Shown: in pieces, positions 51,670-64,000 of the stretch
Layout of the letters: every line of letters starts with the position of its first letter
Position numbering within the stretch: position 1 is the stretch's first letter
NCBI GenBank assembly: GCA_030390025.1
Contig: CM059438.1
Span: 68,698,001-68,762,000 of the forward strand
Source: Squalus acanthias
Taxonomy: Eukaryota
Direction: 5' to 3'
DNA: 64,000 nt
Program-made: the position numbers and the translations under genes
The notes under the pieces: model-generated
What the model saw: the letters and a program-made list of their open reading frames with translations, nothing else
What the model was told of the DNA's origin: nothing
Databases searched by the model: none

Positions 51670-52230
51670 GGGCCTCAAACTTTGGCTGCACAACACCCTT
51701 ATATCGGGTGACAACTGGCCTACCAAGCCCCCAATAAGGCGGGCAGGAAGCGCACGAACATTTCTGGCCAGAAGTGCGCTGCCCACCATATTGGGAAAGG
51801 ACAAAAAAAATCATCATGCAATGCCCATGTCTGAAACAGGCATTAGCCCCTTTATATATGCAAATAAGGGACATAAGGCCTGTTTGAGGCTCCCATTGCA
51901 AGATTGCTTTGCCCTGGGACCACCTGTTACCAACAAGGTAAGTTTATGAAATATACTTACCTGAATGTGGAGTTGGGAGGAGCACGAGTGCACCTCACGA
52001 CCCCACATTTAAAGAACACGGGCCTCCGCTGCTCCCCGGCCGATCGCCGACGCTTCTCCCCCAACCTGGCCTCTGACCCCCCACACCCCTGACCCAGGCA
52101 TTCCTTCTCTCTACCTCTCTAACCTCCGATCTCTCTTCTCCCCACCCCACCCCACCCTAGCTTCAAATCTCTTTCTAACCCCTGGCCTCCGATCTCTCCC
52201 TTCTGCCAACGATCCCCCCGACCCGGGCCT
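51670..52230. mobile_element. Harbinger-type MITE, family H5 (right end truncated)
   Basis: Left end GGGCCTCAAACTTT; inverted homology to 32870-33546. Confidence 0.7.
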
Positions 52231-53576
52231 TACTTACACTTACATGGCTGTGGGCGGGTGGTTGGGGGGTTGGGGTGGGCGGCGGCGCAGGAAGTGTCTG
52301 GTCATGATGCTCCATCCATCATGAGTGTGGGACAGGCTCGATGGACCAGCTGGTCTTTTCCTGCCCGTCGTGTTCGTACTTTACATACATCTACCTCTGG
52401 AGTGTCTCAGGATATTCTTTATGTTAAAGGCACTATATAGATTCAAGTTGTTGTTATTAAGTCTTACCAATGTGATTAAAAATTGGATGCTGATATTCTT
52501 ACTCTCCTAACATTAAAATGGAGCTACTGGGGTAGCAAATCCTTGCGTGTGTGTGAGCCAACATACACAGACTTTAACCTGCAGGCAGAGTGCAACTTGC
52601 AACCTGTGTTTCTTACTTCATAGCTATGAATGCCAGATAATACAGCAGTATAACTGCAGCCTATGACGGTATTATGATCAATGAAGATATACACTTAGAG
52701 CAAGCCTTCCTACATAAAACCTTGCAGACAATTTAACATGGTAATAACTATTCCACACACACTTTGGAAGAAAGCACTTTGTGCACCAAGGATGCATATC
52801 AATTTAATCACTCGATGTGCGCCAGCTTATTACGAACATATTGTAGCTAAAATTAGTATTCATCCCAAAGGGAGAGAAAGAAAAAGTGCAGTCTCTTCCA
52901 TCTCGTCTTCCAACTGGCAAAACTCCAGTTACGGACAGTGATTATCATCATTTCTCAGAGATTATTCGCCGGTTCAGTTGAAGGTCATCCAAATAATGAA
53001 GCTTTAAACTGATTGGCCTTTTGGCCTTTGGCAGAACAATTCTGAGAGAGCTACACCATTATGATTGGATAACTAGAATAACCTTTTTTAACTAACATTT
53101 TTGTTGGTTGTGCAAGAGAAACTCATGATTGTTCCAGCGCTTGCAAAACAGGCTTGTTGGTTTTAAAATCCAAGATGGGTTAAATTTGAATTTTACAGAA
53201 GAGGTTTAAGGCTTGAATATGATAGAGCAAAGCCTAAGGAACATTTGCGCCCTGTTGTATCTATGGAAACAGGGACTTTTCTGTTAAGGTGGGGGAAATG
53301 CTATGATTTAATTTCTCTCGCCTTTTTGCCCCAGAGGTTGGCACTTGAATGAGATTACTTTCCTTTCCCATACAAATTAATTTTAGAAGATAAAATTCTT
53401 GCATACAATATTAACTGTTTGAGTGTGAAATGCTCCTTTGCAGCTTTCATTAGAAATGGATTTACCGCAGATAGGGAAGCGAGCCTGGAGCTTAGTGGTA
53501 GCATTCCTGACTGAGTTAGATGGCACAAAGTTCTAACCCTCTGCAGACAGTCCCAGCGAGGGGAAACTGGACTGCC

Positions 53577-53974
53577 GGCTCTCAATTCTGTGTTGACATC
53601 CAGCAGCATACTCACATCCGGTGGGTGTGGGTGGTGGACACCTCAATGTACGGGGTGCGGAAGCCCATGAAACCCTCCCGTCGTATTAGGAGTTAACACG
53701 GCCGCGTCAGGTCATGGAAGAAGCGTTCACGCCGCGGCCTGTCAGACTGTTAATCAGCCTACGAATCTTCCAGTACTTCACACTTTTCAAGGGAAGAGCG
53801 TGAAGGTACAACTGGAAATATAAAAGTAGCCATACAATTCTGACCCACGCGGGACAGATCTGTGCAGGAATGTCATCTAACTTACCCAGCAAATTTACAC
53901 CCGCCCCACTTGTATTCAACAGCATTTTGAGGGCACGTCTGGAGCTTTCCCAGATCCACAGGGAATTCGGGCCC
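53577..53974. mobile_element. Decayed TIR MITE
   Basis: Right end CACAGGGAATTCGGGCCC; degenerate left end GGCTCTCAATTCTGTG. Confidence 0.45.
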
Positions 53975-54063
53975 TTATGCCTCCTTTCCGTCCTGAAGTG
54001 GGTTCCATTGTTGGCCTCGGGCTTCCTGTCTTGGAGTGGCCAGGAGCCACGCTGTGACTCGAT

Positions 54064-54733
54064 GGGCTGGATTTTCATTGACCCGTGGAAGCAGGTTTGG
54101 AGGCGTGTGGGGGGTTAAAATTGCAAAAACTGGTGGGCGGGCACAAGTCCGCCTCCATCCCGCCTCCACGCAATTTTCATTAAATCATGTCTGCTGGTCC
54201 CGACTCCGTCCCGCCTCTAAGAGATGGGATAGGCTATTAAGGCTCTTAACAAGCACTAAATTGGCTCTATAATGCCATTTTGAAAGGCCTTTGTGATTTT
54301 AACCCTTGTTCTCCATGAAGCACACCTGTTCTGAAACATGATTGTGAAACCTGGCGGGAGCACATTTGGATAGCTGACTATCAGTGGCTGGGCTGACTAT
54401 CAGTGACTGGCAGGCATCTGGGATGGAGGAGCCGTATCTGGGAGTGATGGTGCAAAAAAAAAATTCTCTCTCTCTCATATTTTGCATCCAGGTCCTCTCA
54501 CAGCAAAGGCCAGGCAGTCTCTGACCTTCAATGCAGCAGCAGCAATGATGACATCATCAGAGGCGACTTTCAGACTGAAACCACTAATTAGTTCATGCGT
54601 TCCCACATGCTGGAACTCAATTGCCCAATTAGGTGAAAATTGCATCAATCTCCCACATCCAAGTGCAGTCGGGTGGATAACACGAAAAGCGGATGACACG
54701 ACCCCAACCCGCCCCAGTATCAAAATCCAGCCC
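54064..54733. mobile_element. Harbinger-type MITE, family H4
   Basis: Perfect TIR GGGCTGGATTTT / AAAATCCAGCCC; TSD GAT/GAT. Confidence 0.92.
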
Positions 54734-55379
54734 GATATCTCTAACAAACCTGTCCACTCAATTTGGCATGGGGGCATTGTGAGGGCAAAACTTTGGGCAT
54801 CAGTTCTATCCTGCTGCACTTCCGTGCCCGTCCCGAGACTTTGTGGAATTTTCTGCCTGGCATGTTTTTTTATAAGTTACGCCTGAGAAATGAATAAAAT
54901 ACTAATCTGTTCAAAGACAAGATTTTGTTTTAAATAAGCCACAAGGATGATTGTAAATCCATGACTGAGATGCAAGATTGGGCAAGCAAACTGAGTTAAA
55001 ATTATCTTATTTACGGCAAAATCGAAAACTGGAGCTGGGACAACTTTTCAATTTGCCATTGATCTCAAAGTGGGCATTAATAGTTTAACATGCCTGATTT
55101 GACTGAAATTTAATGGGAGAACATATTTCTACTTTCATTTTATGATGGTAAAGATATTTGGATTCTCTGTTCAGAGTCCATAAAGCACACTAAAGCAGTG
55201 CGGGGCATCAGCTGACCAGGTCTGCAGTGAAGGATGAATTCTTCAGAAGGCATCTAAAACATATAGGAGTGGTATAACCTCCATGGGCTATCTTAAATGT
55301 GGTGGGGGTGGAAATTTATTCATAATAGTGAATATCATCCATTTTTTTAACCCTGCACAGGGTCACTGTTTCAGTCATT

Positions 55380-56193
55380 CAGGCTTGGGCTGATAAGTGT
55401 CAAGTAACATTCGCGCCACACAAGTGCCAGGCAATGACTATCTCCAACAAGTGAGCGTCTAACCACCTCACTTTGACATTCAACGGCATTACCATCACCG
55501 AATCACCCAACATCAACAATGCTGATGGTCACCATTGACCAGAAACTTAACTGCACCAGCCACATAAATACTGTGGCAACAAGAGCAGGTCAGAGGCTGG
55601 GTATTCTGTGGCGACTGACTCACCTCCTGACTCCCTAAAGCCTTTCCACCATCTGCAACGCACAAGTCAGGAGTGCAATGGAATACTCTCCATGAGCCTG
55701 GACGGGTGCAGCTCCAACAACACTCAAGAAGCTTGACACCATCCAGGACAAAGTAGCCCACTTGATTGGCACCCCATCCACCACCTTAAACATTCACTCC
55801 CTCCACCACCGGTGCACCGTGTCTGCAGTGTGTACCATCTACAAGATGCACTGCAGCAACTTGCCAAGGCTTCTTCGGCAGCACCTCCCAAACCCTCGAC
55901 CTCTACCACCTAGATGGACAAGGGCAGCAGACGCATGGGAACACCACCACCTCCAAGTTCCCCTCCAAGTCACACACCATCCTGACTTGGAAGTATATCA
56001 CCGTTCCTTCATAGTCGCTGGGTCAAAATACTGGAACTGCCTCCCTAACAGCACTGTGGGAGTACCTTCACTACACAGACTGCAGCGGTTCAAGAAGGCA
56101 GCTCACCATCATCTTCTCAAGGGCAACTAGGGATGGGCAATAAATACTGGCCTTGCCAGCGATGCCCACAGCCCAGGAACGAATAAAAAAAAA
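55380..56193 (+). mobile_element. CR1-group LINE 3' part (same family as 40561-43054)
   Basis: Colinear with 40752-41434 plus 42924-43054 and lacks the LTR insert. Confidence 0.9.
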
Positions 56194-56226
56194 AGTCATG
56201 AATAACAATACAGTTAAAGTGACGTG

Positions 56227-56372
56227 TGTAATGTATTATCACATGGTTTTTCACATGGTTTATCACATGGTTTAGTATGAGCATGCTCAGTTCACTCTGG
56301 CCTAGTAAAGCAAGCACATTGACTAGCAAATCGTGTCTCTGTCCTTCATATGTTGTACCCACATATATTACA
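56227..56372 (+). repeat. 5' LTR (146 bp)
   Basis: TGTAAT...ATTACA; three copies of TCACATGGTTT. Confidence 0.93.
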
Positions 56373-56375
56373 TTT

Positions 56376-56398
56376 TGGTGATGAGGATGGGATTCCAA
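56376..56398 (+). other. Primer-binding site complementary to tRNA-Ser(GCT)
   Basis: TGGTGATGAGGATGGGATTCCAA versus expected TGGCGACGAGGATGGGATTCGAA; all three differences fall at CpG positions. Confidence 0.8.
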
Positions 56399-56628
56399 AG
56401 CAATTTTTAGGGATCATGGAAGGACATAGTGTTCAAACTTCCAGTGGAAAAGTTTAAGGTGAATTTGTGACGCCTAAACCGAATTTTTGCAATGTTTTAC
56501 CGTTAATGCTGATGCAGAATCGTCTGTGCTTTGCCTTTGCATGTATGTATATACAGCAACAATGGCGTTGATTCTCACAGGTACACAGGTAGCGTGCTGA
56601 GTCACTGTTCAATGGGATTGGAACAATC

Positions 56629-59438
56629 ATGGCCGCGCCTGCGGGATTCATCGGAAGCCTCGGCCTGTATGACCGAGCTCGCGAACCATTCAGTTCTTAC
56701 ATTGAGCAGATGGAGATGTTTTTTAAGGCCAATAACATTATTGAGACTGAAGGTGCAGATGAGAATGTTCAAGCTCAAAATAAAGTAATTCGTGAATGGA
56801 AAAAAGCAATTTTTCTAACGGAGATCGGGCCAGATTTCTACGGAACATTGACAAACCTACTCACACCAGGAAAAGCGAAGGATGTGTTGCTGAAGACATT
56901 GTTGAGAAACTCGAGGACTATTTCGACCCAAAGCCATTAGAAATAGCTGAGAGGTATAAGTTTGGTACCAGGAACCAAAAACAAAGTGAAATCATCAGTG
57001 AGTCCATTGTAGCACTTAAGAACCTGTCTTTGCATTGTAACTTCGGCACATTTTTGGATCGTGCGTTGCGAGATAAGTTTGTGTGTGGACTGGTGGATGA
57101 GCGCACACAGTCCAAGTTACTGAACACTCCAAACCTAACGTTTGACATAGCATGCAAAATTGCCCTATCTGTGGAGATGGCGTCTAAGAATGCTAGGGAG
57201 CTCCGTCTAACTCAAGTGACTGGTGTAGCTGAGGTCTACAGTCACAAAGCTGTGAGACCAAGTCAAAAGCATGTCGGTGAGAGCATTTCAGTGAATTTTT
57301 ATCGCTGCAATGGAAATCAATCACCACAGTCCTGCCAATACAGAAATGCTAAGTGTTTTCACTGCCAGAAGAAAGGCAATATTTCAACAGCTTGCAGAGC
57401 TAGATCTAAAGCAGAAAGTAAGAACCATTCTAGTGTATCGACATGGCGGCAGACTGCGCTATCATGAGTAAGGACACATATGAGAGTAAGTTTAATCAAA
57501 TACCACTTACAAAGAATACCATAGAGTTAAAAACCTACTCCGGATAAATTCTAGAGACATGTGGACAAATCGAATGTACAGTTCAACACAATGGCCAGTC
57601 AGTAAAGCTGCCTATTATTGTAGCGAGCTACAACAACAGGCCAACCCTCGTGGGCAAAGACTGGTTGAGAAAGTTAAAACTAGACTGGAAAAACATCTTC
57701 AGTGTAGATGCTTCAAAGAAGCGACTCGACACAATGCTGAACAAGTATGAAAGCATGTTCTCAGACAGTTATGAGGGCATCGCTGGGTATGACGCGCATA
57801 TCCACATCAAATCCAACGCGAAGCCTGTCTATTGTAAGGCAAGGCCGGTCCCCTATGCATTGAAAAGTCAGGTGGAGGAAGAGCTAGCGAAACTGAGAGA
57901 GAACGGAGTGCTAGTAAAAACTGACAAAAGTGAATGGGCTACCTCGATTGTGGTAGTGCCCAAAGCAGACAAAACTGTATGTTTGTGTGGTGACTACAAA
58001 GTTATTATCAACCAAGCAGTTGACGATGAGCAGTACCCGTTACCTACATGGTAAGATTTGTAGGTAGCACTCTCTGGGTCAAAAGTTTTCTCCAAACTTG
58101 ACCTGTCACACGCTTACACTCAGCTGAATGTTGACAAAGAGAGTCAACAGCATCTCATTATCAACACACACAAGGGACTGTACTCATACACCAAGCTGCC
58201 GTATGGTGTAAAGTCCTCCCCCAAAATCTTCCAGACTACGATGGATAATTCCAAATTGCTTATGCAATCAAGATGATGTGCTGATTGCAACAAATAGCGA
58301 GGAAGAAAATCTAGAAGTGTTAGAGTTAGTGCTTCAAAGGTTGAATTCCCACAATGTCAAATTGAAAAGGAGCAAATGTGCTTTTGTGCAGCCCGAGGTT
58401 GTGTACCTTGGTCTGAAAGTTGATGCAAATGAACTGCAACCAGTTAAGGAAAAGGTTGATGCTGTCATCAATGCTCCAAAGCCAAAGAACGTGTCTGAGT
58501 TAAGATCTTTCCTTGGAATGGTCCAGTACTACGCACATTTCTTATCTGAGTTAGCGGCCATGTCAGCTCCATTGCATGAGCTCAAGAAGGATGTCTAGTG
58601 GAAGTAGATGAAAGTGCAACAGGAAGCTTACGACGCTTGTAAGAGAAGTCTCTCTAGCGATGCTCTACTTGTGCACTACGACACAGAGCGTGAGCTTAAG
58701 TTAGTGTGTGACGCTTCTAGCTATGGTGTGGGAGCTGTCATAAGCCACGTAATGGATGACGGCCAAGAGAAACCAATCGCATCACGAACCCTCACAAAGA
58801 GCGAAAGAAACTATGTGGAAATTGAAAATGGAGCACTCGCCATAGTGTTTGGCATCAAGAAATTCCAACAGTTCCTGATCATCAGAAAGTTTACCCTGAT
58901 AACCGATCACAAACCGCTCCTCGCAATATTGGGGCCCAAATCTGCCATCCCTGCAATGGCCGCATCAAGAATGCAACGTTGGGCAGTGTTGTTGTCCCAA
59001 TATGACTGCATGATTGAATATCGCACTTCAAAGCAAAATGCAATCGCAGATGCCTTGTCCAGGTTGCCACATGAGGTCTCATGTGTTGGGAGTGAAGGTG
59101 AGATTTTCATGCTAGGTGCAGTTGACAAAGACTTTCCCGTGAATGCAACTGAGATTGCAGATGAGACTCAAAAGGACTCAGTACTGAAAAGAGTGCATGA
59201 AAACACCTTGAACGGATGGACTGATCAGTGTATGGACACAGAATTGAAACCATTCCATAGCCGTCGTACTGAATTGTCTTGTGAGCAAGGTTGTATCAAG
59301 TGGGGAAACAGAGTGGTGGTATCTACTTCTTTGAGTTTGGAACCAAAACAAAACAGCCCGAAAATTGGTTCAACATCAAAACCTTCTTTAAGGAGATCAG
59401 GAAGGCACCGCAAACCTGTAATTAAACTGGATTTGTAA
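56629..59438 (+). pseudogene. gag-pol relic
   Basis: gag LRDKFVCGL, CFHCQKKGN; protease IDMAAD..LVGKDW; RT LCGDYK, FSKLDLSHAY, NQDD; RNase H CDASSYGVGAV, ADALSRLP. Confidence 0.9.
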
Positions 59439-59546
59439 TTTAAAAGAAAAAAAGCCAGGAGTTTTTGTTATGTGGTACATGTAATGCTGGGACAGGTGGG
59501 ACCATAGTTTTGTTGTATTTGAGAGGGGAATACGTACGTTTTCTTT

Positions 59547-59559
59547 AAGGGGAAAGCAG
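59547..59559 (+). other. Polypurine tract
   Basis: AAGGGGAAAGCAG directly before the 3' LTR. Confidence 0.8.
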
Positions 59560-59693
59560 TGTAATGTATCATCACATGGTTTGTCACATGGTTTAGAATG
59601 TGCATGCTCAGTTCGCTCTAGCCCAGTAAAGCAAGCTGATTGACTAACAACTTGTGTCTCTCTCCTTCATTTGTTCTACCCACATATATTACA
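59560..59693 (+). repeat. 3' LTR (134 bp)
   Basis: Matches the 5' LTR with one repeat unit fewer and about 15 substitutions (manual count). Confidence 0.93.
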
Positions 59694-60771
59694 ACGTGGG
59701 TGATGCAGAATTTCAGGTACAAGGGAGAGGATGATGAAGTTCGGATTCATACCAACTGTCTTGTTCTTCATGACTGCTGCAACAAAAAATTTAGTGAAGA
59801 ATGGGTCTGATTTTGGGTCCAAAAAGCTGCCGCGTCCTTTAACTTGATCAATTTTGATTTTACCATGATCCACCTTTTAGAAAATAACTCAAATTCATGT
59901 CCACTGAAAAGTTACTAACTGAGCCTCCAGCTGTATTTGCTGCATTGTGCAAATGTTTGCATCTTAAAAATACCAATGTGTCAGGAAAACATAATAACAG
60001 GAGTCACACGTTGATTATTCATAACGGGCTAACACAAAGCACTTCCTCACCTCAAAATGCAGTGAATCTTCCTTCAAGCTATTAATTCTGTATGATAGTC
60101 GCTCATCAAAGTAGAAGCGAATGAACAGAGAATAGCAGTTGATTTTCAATTTCTCTGAAATAATTAATGGAGAAAAGATCCAACAGCAGAAGGCTACTTT
60201 GTTGCATAAATCGACCCTGATTGAATCCATTTCTGAGGAGGCTCAAAGCTATTAGAATTTCAAACTGATAAGGCCAGATTTTTTTCAATTATGTGAGCGG
60301 TATTCTTCTCTTTGTATTGTTATGTTATTTTCTTCTTTGTTCAGCATTCATGAATTATTCGTTGTTCCCTTCTACTTTCATTTATTTCTGGCCTGCCAAC
60401 CAATAAGCAATAAACTACAAATGCTGTTCCTGAACACACTAAACACTATTTTTGAATATGCCGATTCTTTACTTCTTAATTCAAATGTTCTCCTCTCCTG
60501 AAGATGCAGTTCTGCAGGTACAAGCGCTGCCCTCTCGTGAGCAACCACCACCCCCACCCCCAATCCCCCCCCCCACCCCCAGTGCCAGTCTTCATGGGTA
60601 AGGCCAAAGAGTACTAATAGGCTATTCTGACACCACAGACAAGGCCAATCCTGTGCTCACCCAATGCCCCCACACACACACACACACACACATGCACTTT
60701 CCAGCAGTACCGAGTGCCAATTAGGAATAGGAAACCACACTTATTTTTTCCCCTCAGTTGAGATTGAGTGT

Positions 60772-60934
60772 GGGGGTGAACTCATTGGGAAGTAGAGTAA
60801 AATGGGTGACAGTGAAGCAGCAGCCTGTTTTACACTCCTCCTAATCAGGAAAAGAAAACCGGACAGGGTGTAAAACGGGCGGCCGATTCGCTTGCGCCCG
60901 TTTTGTGCCGCCAAAATGGACAAATTTCTCCCCC
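60772..60934. mobile_element. Short TIR MITE
   Basis: GGGGGTGAA and AAATTTCTCCCCC ends; flanks TGT/AGT. Confidence 0.5.
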
Positions 60935-60963
60935 AGTAAGTTTGAGGCTGGAGTGGCGGCTCA

Positions 60964-61115
60964 GAAACATAGAAACATAGAAGATAGGAGCAGGAGTAGG
61001 CCATTCGGCCCCTCGAGCCTGCTCCGCCATTCGATGAGATCATGGCTGATCATCCAAACTCAGTACCCTGTACCTGCCTTCTCCCCATGTCCCTTGATAC
61101 CTTTATCTTTAAGAA
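60964..61115 (-). mobile_element. CR1 3' end, element D family
   Basis: Near-identical to 27338-27478. Confidence 0.92.
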
Positions 61116-61685
61116 ATGGCAATGATTCTGCAAGCAATGCTGAGAGAGAGAGAGAGATCCATTCGTAGTATTTGTAAACATAACTTTACAAAACAAATGT
61201 AATATTTATTATTATATTGAATTTTAAGTGCAAATATTTCATTAAAAATCTAGTGTGTATAAATAGGAATGTATTGGATTGGGGGGGGTGGGGCGGTGCA
61301 TAGGGGGAAGAGGGTCTATTACCAGTTTGGGTTGTAAGCCAGAGCCAAGGCTGACATAGAAACTGGATTTTGGGTTGAGATGTGACGGGGTTGCAGCAGA
61401 GATGACCACACACCCATAGCAGGAAAACATGCACAAGGGCTTCTTCTGTTTGAGACAGAGGTGCCATACCAGGATGAGGGATAGAGAGAGACCAAGGTGG
61501 GGTGGGAGATAGAAAATTCATTTTTTTACCAGCCAGAACATTGGGAACTATTGCGGTGCTCAACTACGACAGGAATAATTTGTTGTAAAAAGTGCTTGGT
61601 TCACCAATCAGCAATGACACGCCAGACATGATTCTAAGACCTGATTAGTCCCTGGCAACGTGCTTCTGGGTTCTGATAGGGTAAG

Positions 61686-62156
61686 AGAAAGAAAGACTTG
61701 CATTTATATAGCGCCTTTCGTAACCACCAGACATCCCAAAGCGCTTTAAGCTAATTAAGTACTTTTGAAGTGTAGTCACTGTTGTAATGTAGGAAACATG
61801 GCACCCAATTTGCACACAGCAAGCTCCCATAAACAGCAATGTGATAATGACCAGATAATCTATTTTTTAGTGATGTCGATTGAGCGATAAATGTTGGCCA
61901 GAATACTGGGGATAACTCCCCTGCTCTTCTTCGAAATAGTGCCATCGGATCTTTCACGTCCACCTGAGAGGGGAGACAGGGCTTCAGTTTAATGCCTCAT
62001 CTGAAAGACGGCACCTCCAACAGTGCAGCAATTCCTTCAGTACTGCCCTGGAGTGTCAGCTTAGATTTTTGTGCTCAACTCTCTGGATTGGGACTTCAAA
62101 CCACTGCTTTCTGACTCAGAGGCGAGGGTGCTACCAACTGAGCCACAGCTGACACT
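61686..62156 (-). mobile_element. SacSINE1-like Deu-SINE, full length
   Basis: Reverse complement of 44704-45145 including the tRNA-like head. Confidence 0.92.
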
Positions 62157-63644
62157 GCTGTGTCAGAGATGGTAGTCCCTCGTTCTGGGATCTGATTGTT
62201 ATGTTCCTTTAACCAATCAAGCATTCCTACATTGAGATTCCCACATTATTACAGACTTTTTATAATGTATAGTCAGGTTGTGGCTATGAAAAACATGAGA
62301 CTTTTAATGTGTGCTGCAATCTATTTTAAAATTAGACAACAGATTGAGAGTATTAAACATGCCGAGTAATTGTTGAGACAGTACACTTGGCTCACATTTA
62401 TGCATTAACATCTTGGGTCTGAATTGAGAATTCTGTGTAATTAGAGCGGCTGTTAAATGTGTAACATTGGAATTCCAGGCTCAAATCTGAACTATACTTT
62501 AATGTGTTTACAAAAAGCCAATTATAAAACAAACTCTTGAAAGTAAGCAGAGGAAATACGTGCTAGCAATCCAGAGGACCATCTGGTTCTTCTTAAGGAG
62601 GTCTTCTATGTTAAATTATGTTTCACAAATGGCCATGTTGTTTAGTTTCTGTATGTCATAAAGAGCAGAACTGCCAATTCTGATTTTTTTTTGTTAAGCA
62701 GATGGTCGGGAGTCTGTCCGGAGCTTGAACTACCTGGAGAAATAAATATTGTGAAGCTTGCAAACACATTCCCAGTAACATTCTCTGGCACCAACAGATT
62801 GCTGGGCAGTGTGACTATTTAAATTCAGTGGTCCCAGTAGCATTAGCTTTTGGCCATCGGCACAGAGTCTGTCTTTTGGTGCTGATTATCTACGGTATTT
62901 AAACTAATTAATTGCCCAAGTGATTGTTTCCACACCATTTAAATTCAGCTTAGTCACATGGAACAGTCAATTTAATTTTATTGGGTTGATACATGGTAAA
63001 ACTATTTTTTTCTGCATCCAGCCCTAAATATCCAGTTTCCTATATATCTTGAATCAAATCCTGTAATGTTGAACTGGTTCTTTTCTACACAGACTTATGC
63101 TGTGCTGCCATAGAAATGCATCTCAACTGGGAATCTTTCCTGATAAGCCCCATAGGGAATCATAAGGAAGTGAATTCATCAGCTCCATCATTGCTTTGTG
63201 TCTACATCTGTGTAACTCCATCACCTGTCCCCAATTTCATTCATCTTCAACCCAGAAGCTTAAGGTGTCCAAATGTTGATTTTTATATCCAGGGTTCATT
63301 GGCTACCATAACTGGGTTGCAGGTAGAAAAGCAGTGACTGTCGTAGCTCTCTACCTTCAAAATAACCTGGTGCGTATCTGCGTTGTGTTCAGGAAGATGG
63401 TGGCAATGAACTCACATGTTTTATGGTGAGTTGTACTGTTCACCATGCCAATGGTGAGTATTCCCGATATCTGCCTTCCACTTAGGCACTCTAATGACCA
63501 ACCAGTTAGCTTGAGGGCTGAAGCAAGCCCGACAAGGCATTGATGATCAAATATTGTTTTCCAAAGCCAGCTCCAAGTGTTGCACGTGCACGACAGTATG
63601 TGATGATGTTCTATGTGATTCTTTGAGCCAAACTCCTCAGTTGG

Positions 63645-63925
63645 TGTAATTTGATGGAGGTGTTTAAAATTATGAAGGGATGGGACAGTGTAGGTAGAAA
63701 CAGACTGTTTCCAGTGCTTCAGGAGTTTAAAGTGAGGGGACGTAGATACAAGATTAAATGTAAGAGATTTAGGACAGAGAGCAGGAGAAACATTTTTGTT
63801 TAATTTTATTTACGCACAGAGTGCAATGCACTACCAGATATGGTGACTGAAGCAGAAACCATGTCAACCTTTAAGAATAGGTTAAATAGGTGGTTAAAGG
63901 AAAAGGGAATAAACTGATATGGGAT
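63645..63925 (+). mobile_element. Decayed CR1 3' portion
   Basis: LMEVFKIMKGWD..RLFP..RGRRYKI..FRTESRRN..FKNRLNRWL. Confidence 0.8.
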
Positions 63926-64000
63926 TAGCATTCACTAGGGAAATGTACAAACTTAAATTTCTTGCTTACACCCCTCAACTCCTGAAGTACTTTAACAGTC

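Larger units (their letters stand above)
56227..59693 (+). mobile_element. Ty3/Gypsy LTR retrotransposon (probably Mag clade), decayed, integrase deleted
   Basis: Two short LTRs, TSD ACGTG, gag with two CCHC-like knuckles, protease, RT, RNase H. Confidence 0.93.

Noticed and set aside
53480..53540. Degenerate A/B-box pair (GGAGCTTAGTGG ... GTTCTAACC)
   Set aside because: Too decayed to call; possibly an ancient SINE head, with no second copy in the window

Overview
Repeat-dense non-coding vertebrate DNA, almost certainly from a cartilaginous fish (shark-like). This is inferred from HE1-type V-SINEs, SacSINE1-type Deu-SINEs and abundant CR1 LINEs. I found no convincing host protein-coding exon, rRNA, true tRNA gene or CRISPR array, and nearly every listed ORF is a transposon relic or its antisense shadow. 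The window holds many CR1 LINE fragments, including a nested stack of 5-6 insertions with resolvable target-site duplications (TSDs) at 21.6-32.0 kb, plus L2 fragments. It has about 18 GC-rich PIF/Harbinger-type non-autonomous elements with short terminal inverted repeats (TIRs) and 3-bp TSDs; two retain Myb/SANT-like and probable transposase-end relics. It also has Penelope-like elements carrying three minimal hammerhead-ribozyme motifs, a 1.49-kb solo LTR, and an internally deleted Gypsy element (probably Mag clade) with both LTRs, a tRNA-Ser primer-binding site, a polypurine tract and a 5-bp TSD. The most interesting signals are two ~160-200 bp hammerhead-carrying mini insertions and the Harbinger deletion series. 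I cannot support a wholly new biological system from this sequence alone. Family names come from motif recognition, not from database searches, and many boundaries are approximate.
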